Positions 8,342 through 17,051 of a DNA stretch of 53,380 nucleotides are shown here, in pieces. Positions within the stretch are counted from its first letter, which is position 1. Each line of letters opens with the position of its first letter. The stretch lies in the IMG/VR virus record IMGVR_UViG_3300045988_159805, one strand, 5' to 3'. Position numbers and translations under genes: made by a program. The notes under the pieces were generated by a model that saw only the letters and a program-made list of their open reading frames with translations, searched no databases and had not been told where the DNA came from. Source of the DNA: a virus.

Positions 8342-8560
8342 TTCCCACACTTCCCACACTTTTTGAAAACCGCCGAAATTGCGTCGCTTTTTGCAATTTT
8401 CAGACTTCCCACACCCATTCCCACACCTTTCCCACACCCCCACAGTGAGGGAGAATGTGGGAAACTGCGGGAAACACCTTTTTTCATTTTCCCACACAGG
8501 AAAAGCACGCAATTTCGGTATGTTTTTTAAGTTTCAGCGGCTTTGTGGGAAGTGTGGGAA
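8342..8560. repeat. iteron cluster (TTCCCACAC x6 direct, GTGGGAA x3 inverted): putative replication origin of the element
   Basis: Direct copies begin near 8342, 8351, 8406, 8419, 8430 and 8489. Inverted copies are near 8456, 8545 and 8553. The cluster lies immediately downstream of the DUF3987 gene. Confidence 0.55.
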
Positions 8561-8566
8561 GCTTTT

Positions 8567-10324
8567 TTATAAATCTGCATATAAAAAGGGCGATGCGTAC
8601 ACAAGTTTTTTGTTCCCGGTGCAGACGGTTTGCAGCACATTTCGTTCTTCCAGCGTTTCCAGAATACCCCGGAACTGTTCCATGCTGCTTAATTCGCCGC
8701 CTTTTACTTTCATGTAAAAATCACGCTGCGGCAGATATGCAGCCCCTTTTTCCAGCGTATGCCGCACAAGGGCACACGTTACACGCTGCACCAGCTTTTC
8801 CTCTCGATTTTCTTCGGTCTGCATTTCTTTCAGTTTTTCACCGAAAAAGAATTGACATATCTGCACGGCACGGTCTGCGGTTTCGGCAGAGATCGGCGTG
8901 CACTGGTCATATCCCCACAACAGATGCAGCAGCCCGGCAATACGAATCAGCTTTCCACCGGCTTTTCCGGTATAAGCCGATTGCTTTTCCATAACATCAC
9001 CGGTTTGCATTGTGTTTTCAATCCATTGCAGATATTTTCCGAGATTGGAAGATTCGCTGCACAGTTCCTTTGCAAACCGCAGCACCGGCACTGCCTGCTC
9101 TTCCGGTCGTTCCATGTCCAGAAACTTCCGCAGGATTCCCTCGTAGATTTCACCGCCGGACAACTGAAAAATATCATTGTTGATCGCTTTTCGTGTGCCC
9201 GCCATTCTTTCGGGAACACAAAACAAGAAGCGTGCGATGCAGCCACGCCCCTGCAAATTCTGATTGGCAATGATGCGGTTATAGAGTTCCGGCTGCAACA
9301 TCAGACACATAGACAGCAGCGGACGCTCCAGCACCAGTTCCTCACGGGAAACACGGTTGACACGCACCGGCTCGGCGTTGTAAGCTTTCAGTACCAGTTC
9401 GGGGCTTTGGTTTTTGCCCTTGTCTGTATACCGCCCCGCCAGTATTTCCATAAAAGCGGCTTCTTCGGAAAAAATGCCGCCGTTCTCGCCGGATTCCAGC
9501 AGCTTTTTCGCCAGAGCCTCCGGCGTTGTATCATCAAATAAGCAATAGGGATTCCGTGGCGGTTTCTTCTCCGCCAGCTGTTCCTCTAGTCCGGTGATGT
9601 CGTCAACTGCTGTTGCAGCTTTTTCTTTGCTTGTGCAGCCTTTTTCCGCTGCCTCCAGCTGTTTCAGCAGCACCTTTCTCTCTGCCTTATATCGTGCTTT
9701 CTCTGCTTCATAGTCGCCCTTTACGTCGTTGTACCACTTGTAAAACGGCTTTAAGATCACTTTCTTGAACACCGGGCTTTTTCTTTCGCTGGGGTCTGCA
9801 ACAATGCCGATATACAAGCACAAATGCTGCTGGTAGCGGGTAGCGTCCGGATACTCCACTTTGTACTTCCCTTGTGTGCAGAGTGCCAGAGCCGCCAAAG
9901 CTGCCGGATAAACCATTTCACGCCGCACCTGCTCCTGCTTCGCCACATTATCCAGATACTCCTCAATCACTGGCGGAAACACGCCCGCAGGGAAAACCGG
10001 CTGCAGATCTTTCTCCTGCTGTTTTTCTGTGATTTTTTGCCAGCCGCCCTCGCTCATGACAGCATCGGCTCTTTCCATTGTCTTTTTGAGCAGGCTGCAA
10101 AGTTCCGGCGGAATTGCCTTTGCATCTACCAGCTTTGCCTGCGTCGCCTCCAGAAATTTCACAGCCTCCGCACTGCTTTTGCTGAAAAGTGCAGCGTGGC
10201 ACAGTGTGTGCAGTTCGCTTGCGATCGCCGCAGCCGGCAGCCCCTCAATATATCCCCGCCAGTTTCCTTGTGAGATCATATCCACATATTGCAAAAACAG
10301 CGGTTTTTCTTCTTTTGCTTTCAC
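8567..10324 (-). CDS. DUF3987 (YfjI-like) domain protein, putative replication/primase-helicase-type protein
   Basis: Segment GGIFSEEAAFMEILAGRYTDKGKNQSPELVLKAYNAEPVRVNRVSREELVLERPLLSMCLMLQPE matches my memory of the DUF3987 core. Confidence 0.6.
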   Translation of the reverse strand: MKAKEEKPLFLQYVDMISQGNWRGYIEGLPAAAIASELHTLCHAALFSKSSAEAVKFLEATQAKLVDAKAIPPELCSLLKKTMERADAVMSEGGWQKITEKQQEKDLQPVFPAGVFPPVIEEYLDNVAKQEQVRREMVYPAALAALALCTQGKYKVEYPDATRYQQHLCLYIGIVADPSERKSPVFKKVILKPFYKWYNDVKGDYEAEKARYKAERKVLLKQLEAAEKGCTSKEKAATAVDDITGLEEQLAEKKPPRNPYCLFDDTTPEALAKKLLESGENGGIFSEEAAFMEILAGRYTDKGKNQSPELVLKAYNAEPVRVNRVSREELVLERPLLSMCLMLQPELYNRIIANQNLQGRGCIARFLFCVPERMAGTRKAINNDIFQLSGGEIYEGILRKFLDMERPEEQAVPVLRFAKELCSESSNLGKYLQWIENTMQTGDVMEKQSAYTGKAGGKLIRIAGLLHLLWGYDQCTPISAETADRAVQICQFFFGEKLKEMQTEENREEKLVQRVTCALVRHTLEKGAAYLPQRDFYMKVKGGELSSMEQFRGILETLEERNVLQTVCTGNKKLVYASPFLYADL

Positions 10325-10340
10325 CGGCTCTCACCGCCTC

Positions 10341-10607
10341 TCACAGACGCACCGGCACAGGCTGAATGCCGGCGGTGTGCTGTTCAGGCGGGACGGTGTG
10401 GACATCGTCCCCTACAGCCTCGCAGTTCAAAAACGCCGCAAATTTCTCTTGGTTAATGAGGTAGCGGCTGCCGATCTTCACCGTAAAGGCTGCACCCCGC
10501 CGACTTCTCGCCAGTTTCCGCACAGCGTAGGACGAAAGCCCGAACGCTTTTGCTGTGGTGTCAATGCTTTCCATGTGGGGAACGGTATATGTAAAATCTT
10601 TATTCAT
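10341..10607 (-). CDS. excisionase-family / MerR-like HTH DNA-binding protein
   Basis: ESIDTTAKAFGLSSYAVRKLARSRRGAAFTVKIGSRYLINQEKFAAFL is a typical excisionase-type HTH. Confidence 0.6.
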   Translation of the reverse strand: MNKDFTYTVPHMESIDTTAKAFGLSSYAVRKLARSRRGAAFTVKIGSRYLINQEKFAAFLNCEAVGDDVHTVPPEQHTAGIQPVPVRL

Positions 10608-10624
10608 TGATTCATTCCTTTCTC

Positions 10625-10889
10625 TTGAAAACCTGCTCCGGATATGCTATAATAGGAGCAGGCTATTTTTGAATAGTCTATTTGAAATTTAACGTGCGAA
10701 ATGCACGGGCGTGTGTCTGTTGGTAGCGGGTACACGCCTTTTTCTTTTGCCTTGGTGGGTGTCTTGTAGTGTGCATGGTTTTTCTCTCGCTTTCTGCCGG
10801 TCGTTCCGAAATAGTGGCAAACAGTGGTGTCTCTCTGTTCGCTCTTTGTTCGTTGGGTTTTGCTTTCCATTTTTGGAAAGCGTTTTTTT
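10625..10889 (+). ncRNA. candidate ~230-nt transcript antisense to the cro-like/xis-like leader
   Basis: TTGAAA(10625-10630)-17 nt-TATAAT(10648-10653). Canonical terminator GCTTTCCA-TTTT-TGGAAAGC plus T7 (10862-10889). No convincing ORF or RBS lies between them. Confidence 0.4.
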
Positions 10890-11067
10890 ATGCCTGCTCT
10901 GCTTTTAGCTGGTCGATGGCGGCAAGCACCTTTGCAGCGTCTGCCTCACTCAACGGCTTTCGCAGCTTTCGGCTGAAATTGCCGTCATTGATTCCCAGCT
11001 TTTCCGCAATCTGCCACAGGCAAACGCCGTTCTGCTTTGCAAGCTGTTTTACTTCTGTTCCGGTCAT
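10888..11067 (-). CDS. 59-aa Cro-like HTH regulator
   Basis: Not in the ORF track. RBS AGAGGTGA. Translation MTGTEVKQLAKQNGVCLWQIAEKLGINDGNFSRKLRKPLSEADAAKVLAAIDQLKAEQA. Confidence 0.6.
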   Translation of the reverse strand: MTGTEVKQLAKQNGVCLWQIAEKLGINDGNFSRKLRKPLSEADAAKVLAAIDQLKAEQA

Positions 11068-11097
11068 GGTATCACCTCTTTTCCTTGCAACAACAAT

Positions 11098-11192
11098 ATT
11101 TTAGCATAAATAAGTTGAAAAGTCAACCCATAGAATAAAATAAACCATGTAAATATTTTTTGGTTGACAACAACAACAGAAAATGATATAAT
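11098..11192. promoter_or_regulatory. back-to-back divergent promoters of the element's genetic switch
   Basis: Minus strand: TTGACT(11121-11126)-17-TAAAAT(11098-11103). Plus strand: TTGACA(11164-11169)-17-TATAAT(11187-11192). Confidence 0.6.
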
Positions 11193-11251
11193 GCAATAGA
11201 AGAAATAAAATTGCAAAATAGATGATTTTTGCAGATAAGGTGGTTTTTATT

Positions 11252-11974
11252 ATGGCATTGACGATTTTTGCAGAGCGAATGAAACAAGCGAGAACCGGAG
11301 CAGGCATGAAACAGAATGAACTTGCAAAAGCTGTTGGCGTTACCCCGGCGACGATCTCAGCCTATGAAAAAGCAAGCACAGACGGAAACGGAAAAAATCC
11401 GACACTGGAAAACGCACAGAAGATTGCAAAGGCTCTCGGTGTTTCTCTTGATTGGATTTGCGGAAACGGTCAGCCCACACCGGACGACGTGACAAGCTTT
11501 TCTTTGCAGGACTACTTGAAAAGTGTTGCGATTGCTTTGTATGAAATGAGTGTGAAAAGCGAATACGACAAAGAAAACGGACACGCAACAATATACATTG
11601 AGAACCCGGCAATTGCTCTTTTTGTTACAAAAGTGCAGCAGCTGCTTTTCGTGTATAGGAGCGGAACGCTTACGAGGGAAATGTACAATGATTGTATAAA
11701 AAGACTTGTCACCGGATTTAAGGGGCATTGTTTTGACTTCGGAAATCTTTTGACAGAGGGAGAGGCGTTGGACGCTGAAAGTTCTGTTGATGACATGGTC
11801 TCAAATTACCCCGAAGTTATAGGGACTAGCAGCATTGAAACAACACTTCTTGACCGCTATAGTTCAAACAATGTGGGTAGAGAAGTAAATTTATTGATAG
11901 AGCCGGAATTTTGGCAGCACTACGAAGAACAGGAGGCGAACAACCATGCCCAACATCACACAACGGAAGAATAA
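11252..11974 (+). CDS. XRE-family repressor with C-terminal domain
   Basis: Trimmed to MALTIFAERMKQARTGAGMKQNELAKAVGVTPATISAYEK (classic XRE HTH). Co-directional with, and overlapping, the integrase gene. Confidence 0.75.
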   Translation: MALTIFAERMKQARTGAGMKQNELAKAVGVTPATISAYEKASTDGNGKNPTLENAQKIAKALGVSLDWICGNGQPTPDDVTSFSLQDYLKSVAIALYEMSVKSEYDKENGHATIYIENPAIALFVTKVQQLLFVYRSGTLTREMYNDCIKRLVTGFKGHCFDFGNLLTEGEALDAESSVDDMVSNYPEVIGTSSIETTLLDRYSSNNVGREVNLLIEPEFWQHYEEQEANNHAQHHTTEE

Positions 11975-13217
11975 AGCCGGCGAGGTGATCTCCTACCGAA
12001 TTCGTGTCAGCCGCGGCTACGACAGCGAGGGAAACAAGCTGAAACCCCACGAAATGACGTGGAAACCCAGCCCCAGCATGACACCCCGACAGGCGGAAAA
12101 AGAGGCACAGCGGCAGGCGTTGCTATTTGAGGAGCAGTGCAAAAACGGGCTTGCTGGTGATGCAAGCCGCATCACCCTTGCGGAATTTGTCCCGGTATAT
12201 CTGGAGCAGAAACAGCAGACACTTTCGCCGATGGTTCTTGAAATGTATTGCCGGGTAATCGATCAAAAAATACTGCCTGCTCTGGGACATCACAAAATAC
12301 AAGATCTTCGCCCAGTCCATGTGCAAGCATTTATCCAGCAGCTGTGCAGCATAGACAAGCGAAACCGGGACGGCTCAGACAGCGAAGAAAAGCTTTCGGC
12401 TGCCAGTGTCAAGCGGTATCTTACAGTGTTGCAGTCTATGTTAAAACTTGCCGTAAAGCGGCGGATTATCAGCGAGAACCCAGCACGGGCGGAGCTGCTG
12501 GACATACCGAAAGCCACTGCCCCGAAGATCGATATTTTCACCAAACAAGAGGCAGCTGTCATGCTGGAGGCACTGGAGCAGGAGCCGCTGCAATTTCAAG
12601 TGCTGATACAGCTTGCTATTATTACCGGTGCAAGACGTGGGGAGCTGGTGGCACTGCGATTTTCTGATATTGACCGGAAAACTCGCAAAATCACCATTGA
12701 ACGGGCTGCGATCAAGCGAACAGGTCAGCCGCCGGAGATCAAACCGCCGAAAGATTATGAAGTACGGAGCGTAACGGTTACGCCGGCGTGTATTGAACTT
12801 GTGGACAAACTGGAGCAGGAGAAACGGGCACAGCGGCGGGCTCTGGGCAGCTACTGGAACGAGGGCGGCTGGCTGTTTACACAGGAAAACGGGGACATGA
12901 TGAACCCGCAAACGCCCACAAAGCAATTTTCAAAGTTTCTGAAACGGCATGACTTCCCGCACCGGAAATTTCACGCACTGCGGCACACTTCGGCGACGCT
13001 GCTTTTATACGGCGGTGTTAGTCTGAAGCAGGTGCAGGGACGGCTCGGACATGGGGATATCGAAACCACAAACAAGTACCTGCATTGCTTGCAGGAGGCA
13101 GACGAGGAGGCGGCTTGCGTGCTGCAAAGTATGCTGACAGTCAGCCGAAAGCCCAAACCGGAGCAGGCACAGACAAAGGCAGCGGCAGAGCCAAAGCAGG
13201 CGAAAGCCGGGGCATAA
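11946..13217 (+). CDS. int: tyrosine site-specific integrase
   Basis: GGAGG RBS. N-terminal arm-binding-like MPNITQRKNKAGEVISYRIRV. C-terminal HALRHTSATLLLYGGVSLKQVQGRLGHGDIETTNKYLH. Confidence 0.9.
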   Translation: MPNITQRKNKAGEVISYRIRVSRGYDSEGNKLKPHEMTWKPSPSMTPRQAEKEAQRQALLFEEQCKNGLAGDASRITLAEFVPVYLEQKQQTLSPMVLEMYCRVIDQKILPALGHHKIQDLRPVHVQAFIQQLCSIDKRNRDGSDSEEKLSAASVKRYLTVLQSMLKLAVKRRIISENPARAELLDIPKATAPKIDIFTKQEAAVMLEALEQEPLQFQVLIQLAIITGARRGELVALRFSDIDRKTRKITIERAAIKRTGQPPEIKPPKDYEVRSVTVTPACIELVDKLEQEKRAQRRALGSYWNEGGWLFTQENGDMMNPQTPTKQFSKFLKRHDFPHRKFHALRHTSATLLLYGGVSLKQVQGRLGHGDIETTNKYLHCLQEADEEAACVLQSMLTVSRKPKPEQAQTKAAAEPKQAKAGA

Positions 13218-13220
13218 CAA

Positions 13221-13267
13221 AAGCCGCCGCAGGGTGCATGATACACCTTGCAGCGGCTTTCTTTTTG
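13221..13267 (+). terminator. intrinsic terminator after the integrase gene
   Basis: Imperfect ~16-bp stem AAGCCGCCGCAGGGTG/CACCTTGCAGCGGCTT followed by TTTCTTTTT. Confidence 0.5.
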
Positions 13268-13397
13268 TCGGATTTTGTTGGACTTTGCAGGGACTTTTCG
13301 AGGGCTTAGTGTCCTGATAGTGCCCTAAGCGTATTTCCCACCCTAAAACCAAAAAGCACGCAACCCCGGAAACTTCCCGAAATTGCGTGCAAATTCC

Positions 13398-13442
13398 TGG
13401 AGCTGTTAACCAGATTCGAACTGGTGACCTCTTCCTTACCAA
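13398..13442. repeat. att copy 2: shared junction between the satellite-like element and the prophage
   Basis: 45/45 identical to 4112-4156 and 42353-42397. It carries the same post-core AAAG as copy 1, where the tRNA copy has AAGG. Confidence 0.85.
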
Positions 13443-13568
13443 AGCATCTGTAAAAGTCAGAAGTATCACGAAAGCACGAGAGAAATGCGATAAAAACAGA
13501 CGGTGTCAAACAACTCAGATATAAAATAAAATGAGAAAAAATAATCCTAACGTCGTACTAGTGTCGTA

Positions 13569-14702
13569 CTATTTTTTATCCAATCCTAATAGTTTTCTAG
13601 TTGATTCTACATCGCTGTGAGCATATCGTTTCCGCAGCATTTGCAGATCAGCGTGCCCTAATACGTTTGCAACCGCAAAAAGATTTGCACCGCTGTTGAC
13701 CCACAGGGTAGCTCTTGTGTGTCGGAGTTCATGCGGTGTAAGCTTCGGGATATCTATCCCTTGTTCTGCATAAAATTCCTGCATATCACGCATGAATACA
13801 TTGTACCTTCTTTTCTGCCAGTTGCTTGGGGACTGTGGTTTTCCAGAATTATTTCCGAAAACATACTCACACTTGTGCGGACGAATCGACAATTTCTCAA
13901 TATCAGATTCTGTGATAGGAATGATACGTTCTCGAAAATCGTTTTTCAAATTTCCTGCAACAATTTCCACTTTTCCTGTGGCTGCATTTTTTACTTCTGC
14001 TACACCTCGCTGCACATGAAGTGTTAAAGCGCTGGAATCAATATCTTCCCACTTGATTCCAAGCAGCTCCGAACGGGTGATACCATACGACAACATCAAA
14101 ATGATTTCTAATCCGTATGGGTGCGTTTCTGCATAGCGTAAAACATAATCGCATTCTTCCGCTGTGTATGTGTGTTTTTCATGTTTCTTCACATTGCTTC
14201 GCAGACGGATATCATCACAGGGGTTTTTGTTGACAATATCGTTTTGTATCGCAGCGGCAAAAATTCGATGCAGCACCATTCTGTGGACTTTAAGGGTTTC
14301 CAAAGAATAAGCGTCCTGGTTTTGGTTAAAGTAGTTTTGAATGTCAATCTGCTTGATTCGGTTCATTCTTGCATTTTTGAAATATGGGATCAAATGCTTT
14401 TCAATTGTGTTTCTATAGTGCAGCTCATAGGTGCTGCCCTTAACCGTCCCTTTTAGAGACTCCAAAACCTTTTCAGCCCACACGGAAAAAGCAATGTCAT
14501 TTGACTGAGGTGTTTCTCCGGTGATGTCATACACAGCCTGATCTACTTTGAACTGTTCTGCTTTGGCTTTGGCAGCTTCCTTACTGATTTTACTGTAGAA
14601 TGATTTTCGGATTGGTCTGCCCATGGAATCACGTCCGACCGTGACTTTAACTTCATAAATGCCGTTTGCACGATTGGGCTTTTCCTTTTTCGGTCTGCCC
14701 AT
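13569..14702 (-). CDS. int: tyrosine site-specific integrase (prophage)
   Basis: HELRHTRATLWVNSGANLFAVANVLGHADLQMLRKRYAH. Sits at the prophage edge. Confidence 0.9.
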   Translation of the reverse strand: MGRPKKEKPNRANGIYEVKVTVGRDSMGRPIRKSFYSKISKEAAKAKAEQFKVDQAVYDITGETPQSNDIAFSVWAEKVLESLKGTVKGSTYELHYRNTIEKHLIPYFKNARMNRIKQIDIQNYFNQNQDAYSLETLKVHRMVLHRIFAAAIQNDIVNKNPCDDIRLRSNVKKHEKHTYTAEECDYVLRYAETHPYGLEIILMLSYGITRSELLGIKWEDIDSSALTLHVQRGVAEVKNAATGKVEIVAGNLKNDFRERIIPITESDIEKLSIRPHKCEYVFGNNSGKPQSPSNWQKRRYNVFMRDMQEFYAEQGIDIPKLTPHELRHTRATLWVNSGANLFAVANVLGHADLQMLRKRYAHSDVESTRKLLGLDKK

Positions 14703-14711
14703 GCAATCACC

Positions 14712-15395
14712 TCATTCCTCCATGCAATCATACAACGTTGCGCCGTTTATAACGGACAATAGCACTTTGTCACTGCTCATGTCATTCATTACATTGATGC
14801 AAATAGATGCGTTGATGCCATATTCTTTTGATTTTTCATATAGAGCATCGCTTGTTTGTTCTATACCAGACCGCAACTCATTCCATTTCTGAGTGTCCCC
14901 GGTCAGCTTGGACTTTGTCACATCTACAACGATGCCGTCTGCTGTCAGGTTGATCGTGTAATAATTCAGATCGCTGTCATACTGTACAGATACATCAGAC
15001 AACCCCTCTTGGTTTTGAAACGAATCTTCCAGAATACCCCGAAACAGTTCCGGAGAAATCACACCGCTGTCAGCCGGCTGTTCTGCTTGAGAACTGAACT
15101 GTGGCTTTACAGCAGCATCATTTTTGCTTTTTCCGTTAGAAAACAGCATACACAACGCTGTGATCACAGCGGCAACTACAACAATAACGACCAGACAGCC
15201 ACACCCGGCACCCACTTTTCGCCCTGACGAATGGTGGGTTTTTTTATGCCGTTTTTTCGACTTATCCCATTGCCAGTCATCCGGAATATTCGGAGCGATG
15301 AAGTCCGGCTGCGGAGCTGGGAATGCTTTGCCGCAGTTAGAACAGTGTTTTGCCGCATCCTCATTTTGCGCACCGCAACTCATACAGTATTTCAT
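14712..15395 (-). CDS. zinc-ribbon membrane protein (lysogeny-module accessory gene)
   Basis: MKYCMSCGAQNEDAAKHCSNCG zinc ribbon, followed by the TM helix GCGCLVVIVVVAAVITALCMLF and an extracellular domain. Confidence 0.6.
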   Translation of the reverse strand: MKYCMSCGAQNEDAAKHCSNCGKAFPAPQPDFIAPNIPDDWQWDKSKKRHKKTHHSSGRKVGAGCGCLVVIVVVAAVITALCMLFSNGKSKNDAAVKPQFSSQAEQPADSGVISPELFRGILEDSFQNQEGLSDVSVQYDSDLNYYTINLTADGIVVDVTKSKLTGDTQKWNELRSGIEQTSDALYEKSKEYGINASICINVMNDMSSDKVLLSVINGATLYDCMEE

Positions 15396-15413
15396 ATTTT
15401 ACCCCGTTTCATC

Positions 15414-15824
15414 TCAAAAAATCTTATCAAAATAGATCCAGCACGCTTTTCGCACCAGTTCTTCCGTCACATCGAAGTATTCTGCAAGTTGCCAAACTTC
15501 ACAATACCCTTTTTTCATAGCAATTTCCATTTCCTCTTTCGGAATCAGCTGTTCGCAAGCCCATCTGTTTGCACGGTATTCATGCCGGCTGACAAGATCG
15601 CAGCTGCTCCAACGATTGTAGAATGCACCTTGTGTGCAGTGCCCCAATTCATGAGCAAGTCTGGTCTTTTTTTCTGCATTGGTTGGCATTTCGCTGTCGT
15701 CCATGCCAATATAGCAATCAAAATCATCTGTCTGTATCGACAAGGATTTTGTCTTTGGAAGCGGAAACGGTATGACTTCTATATTTTCAACGTCTGCAAT
15801 ATGATATAGATCATCGAGGTTCAT
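15414..15824 (-). CDS. ImmA/IrrE-family metallopeptidase
   Basis: HELGHC (HExxH) motif. ATGA overlap with the upstream XRE gene. Confidence 0.75.
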   Translation of the reverse strand: MNLDDLYHIADVENIEVIPFPLPKTKSLSIQTDDFDCYIGMDDSEMPTNAEKKTRLAHELGHCTQGAFYNRWSSCDLVSRHEYRANRWACEQLIPKEEMEIAMKKGYCEVWQLAEYFDVTEELVRKACWIYFDKIF

Positions 15825-16180
15825 TTTTTATCCTTTCGCTTATTTTCCTCACGCAGCTTGACCATTTCAGCAAACTGCTTGACCTCTGCATACATTTCAT
15901 CGGTGATTCCCTCAGCACCGTGGAATAAGGCAAATTTGATGTCGTTTTCTGAAACTTCTTTTGAGTGGTCTGATTCCGAACCGCCAATCAAATATTCTAC
16001 AGTCACGCCAAAGTAATCTGCTATTCTTTTCACGGTTTCAATATCTGGCATTCTATTTCCAGTTTCCCACATGGCAACTGTACTTTTAGACACGGAAAGT
16101 GTTTCAGCTAAATCTTTTTGATAAATTCCATTTTGTTTTCGTAGTTTTTTTAGTTTATCGCCAATCATGATGTTCACCAC
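15821..16180 (-). CDS. XRE-family repressor (CI-like)
   Basis: LKKLRKQNGIYQKDLAETLSVSKSTVAMWETGNRMPDIETVKRIADYFGVTVEYL. Confidence 0.85.
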   Translation of the reverse strand: MVNIMIGDKLKKLRKQNGIYQKDLAETLSVSKSTVAMWETGNRMPDIETVKRIADYFGVTVEYLIGGSESDHSKEVSENDIKFALFHGAEGITDEMYAEVKQFAEMVKLREENKRKDKK

Positions 16181-16194
16181 CTGTGAATATTATA

Positions 16195-16331
16195 TCACAC
16201 ATTGTGACTTCGGTCAAGGAAATAAAGCTTGTTTTTGTGCAATATGTAGAAAAATCACAAAAAGTGATATTTGCATATTGACAGTTCACTTAAAGTGATT
16301 TATAATAAAATTGTCAGATCACGAAAAGTGA
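16195..16331. promoter_or_regulatory. immunity region: four TCAC-N5-GTGA operators and the rightward promoter
   Basis: Operators at 16195-16207, 16255-16267, 16286-16298 and 16319-16331. TTGACA(16278-16283)-17-TATAAT(16301-16306), with one operator in the spacer. Confidence 0.65.
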
Positions 16332-16351
16332 CTTTTATGTGAGGTGATAAT

Positions 16352-16600
16352 TTGACTGATATTAAAAAAATCCGTGAAAAGCGTGGAATTTCTCAAAAAG
16401 AACTGGCTGCAAAATTAAATGTATCTCCAAGCACAGTTTCTCAATGGGAAAATGGATTGAGGAATCCAAGCCTAGTAAATGTAAAACGAATGTCAAATAT
16501 TCTACACTGTACTACGGACGAAATTCTAAGCTCTGTTGTAGAGGAATTTGATGATTCTAAATTTCATGGAACTAAAACTGAAAAATGGATAGATAGCTGA
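16352..16600 (+). CDS. XRE-family Cro-like regulator (TTG start)
   Basis: GAGGTGA RBS. IREKRGISQKELAAKLNVSPSTVSQWENGLRNPS. Confidence 0.8.
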   Translation: MTDIKKIREKRGISQKELAAKLNVSPSTVSQWENGLRNPSLVNVKRMSNILHCTTDEILSSVVEEFDDSKFHGTKTEKWIDS

Positions 16601-16611
16601 AAGGAGTTTTT

Positions 16612-16833
16612 ATGAAGAACATGACTGATGAACAAGTAGAAATGGAGATTCAAAACCTTCGTGATTCTGACAATGTAAAGCTTGCACAGAGAGAGCAGCG
16701 AATCAAGTACAAACGCCGCCAGTATCTGTATCAACTTCGGTACTACGAAAAAAGAGGAAAGCAGCTTGCCGAACTTGGTGCAACACTGGAAAACTTAGAA
16801 GAATTTCTCTATGGGGAGGTAATTGAAGAATGA
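16612..16833 (+). CDS. hypothetical phage protein
   Basis: AAGGAG RBS. Charged helical protein. Confidence 0.5.
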   Translation: MKNMTDEQVEMEIQNLRDSDNVKLAQREQRIKYKRRQYLYQLRYYEKRGKQLAELGATLENLEEFLYGEVIEE

Positions 16834-17051
16834 ACAGGATTCCATACATCAAACCCGTATTCCTGTGCAATCCAGAGAAGAACACCATTTGCAACAAAGC
16901 CATTTGTCAATCCGGATGCCGGTACACAACACACCAGCAATTTGCACAGCTGGACAAGCACGGAAGTCCCATACAAGCGGACATTTTCAAGGAAGGAGCA
17001 GGACATGAAAGCAGAAGAAAAGATTCAATCATTTTTGGAACAGGACAATGA
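16830..17051 (+). CDS. hypothetical Cys-rich phage protein
   Basis: ATGA overlap with the upstream gene. Overlaps the next call by 47 nt, so one of the two boundaries is uncertain. Confidence 0.35.
   Translation: MNRIPYIKPVFLCNPEKNTICNKAICQSGCRYTTHQQFAQLDKHGSPIQADIFKEGAGHESRRKDSIIFGTGQ

Larger units (their letters stand above)
4157..13397. mobile_element. ~9.2 kb integrative satellite/IME-like element (no virion or conjugation genes)
   Basis: Bounded by att copies 1 and 2. Carries a tyrosine integrase, XRE repressor, divergent Cro-like and Xis-like genes, a DUF3987 protein, an iteron cluster and a sigma-70-like factor. Confidence 0.75.

Noticed and set aside
8207-8994. ORFs spanning the iteron array (8207-8512 minus, 8339-8530, 8379-8717, 8455-8994 plus)
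   Set aside because: Their translations are repeats of FPH/PHT/WE caused by the TTCCCACAC iterons, or they are antisense to the DUF3987 gene.
10604-10870. 88-aa minus-strand ORF and 65-aa plus-strand ORF (10711-10908) in the xis-like leader
   Set aside because: Neither has an RBS, and both have odd composition. The plus-strand ORF runs through a canonical terminator. The interval is better explained as a leader plus a candidate antisense RNA.
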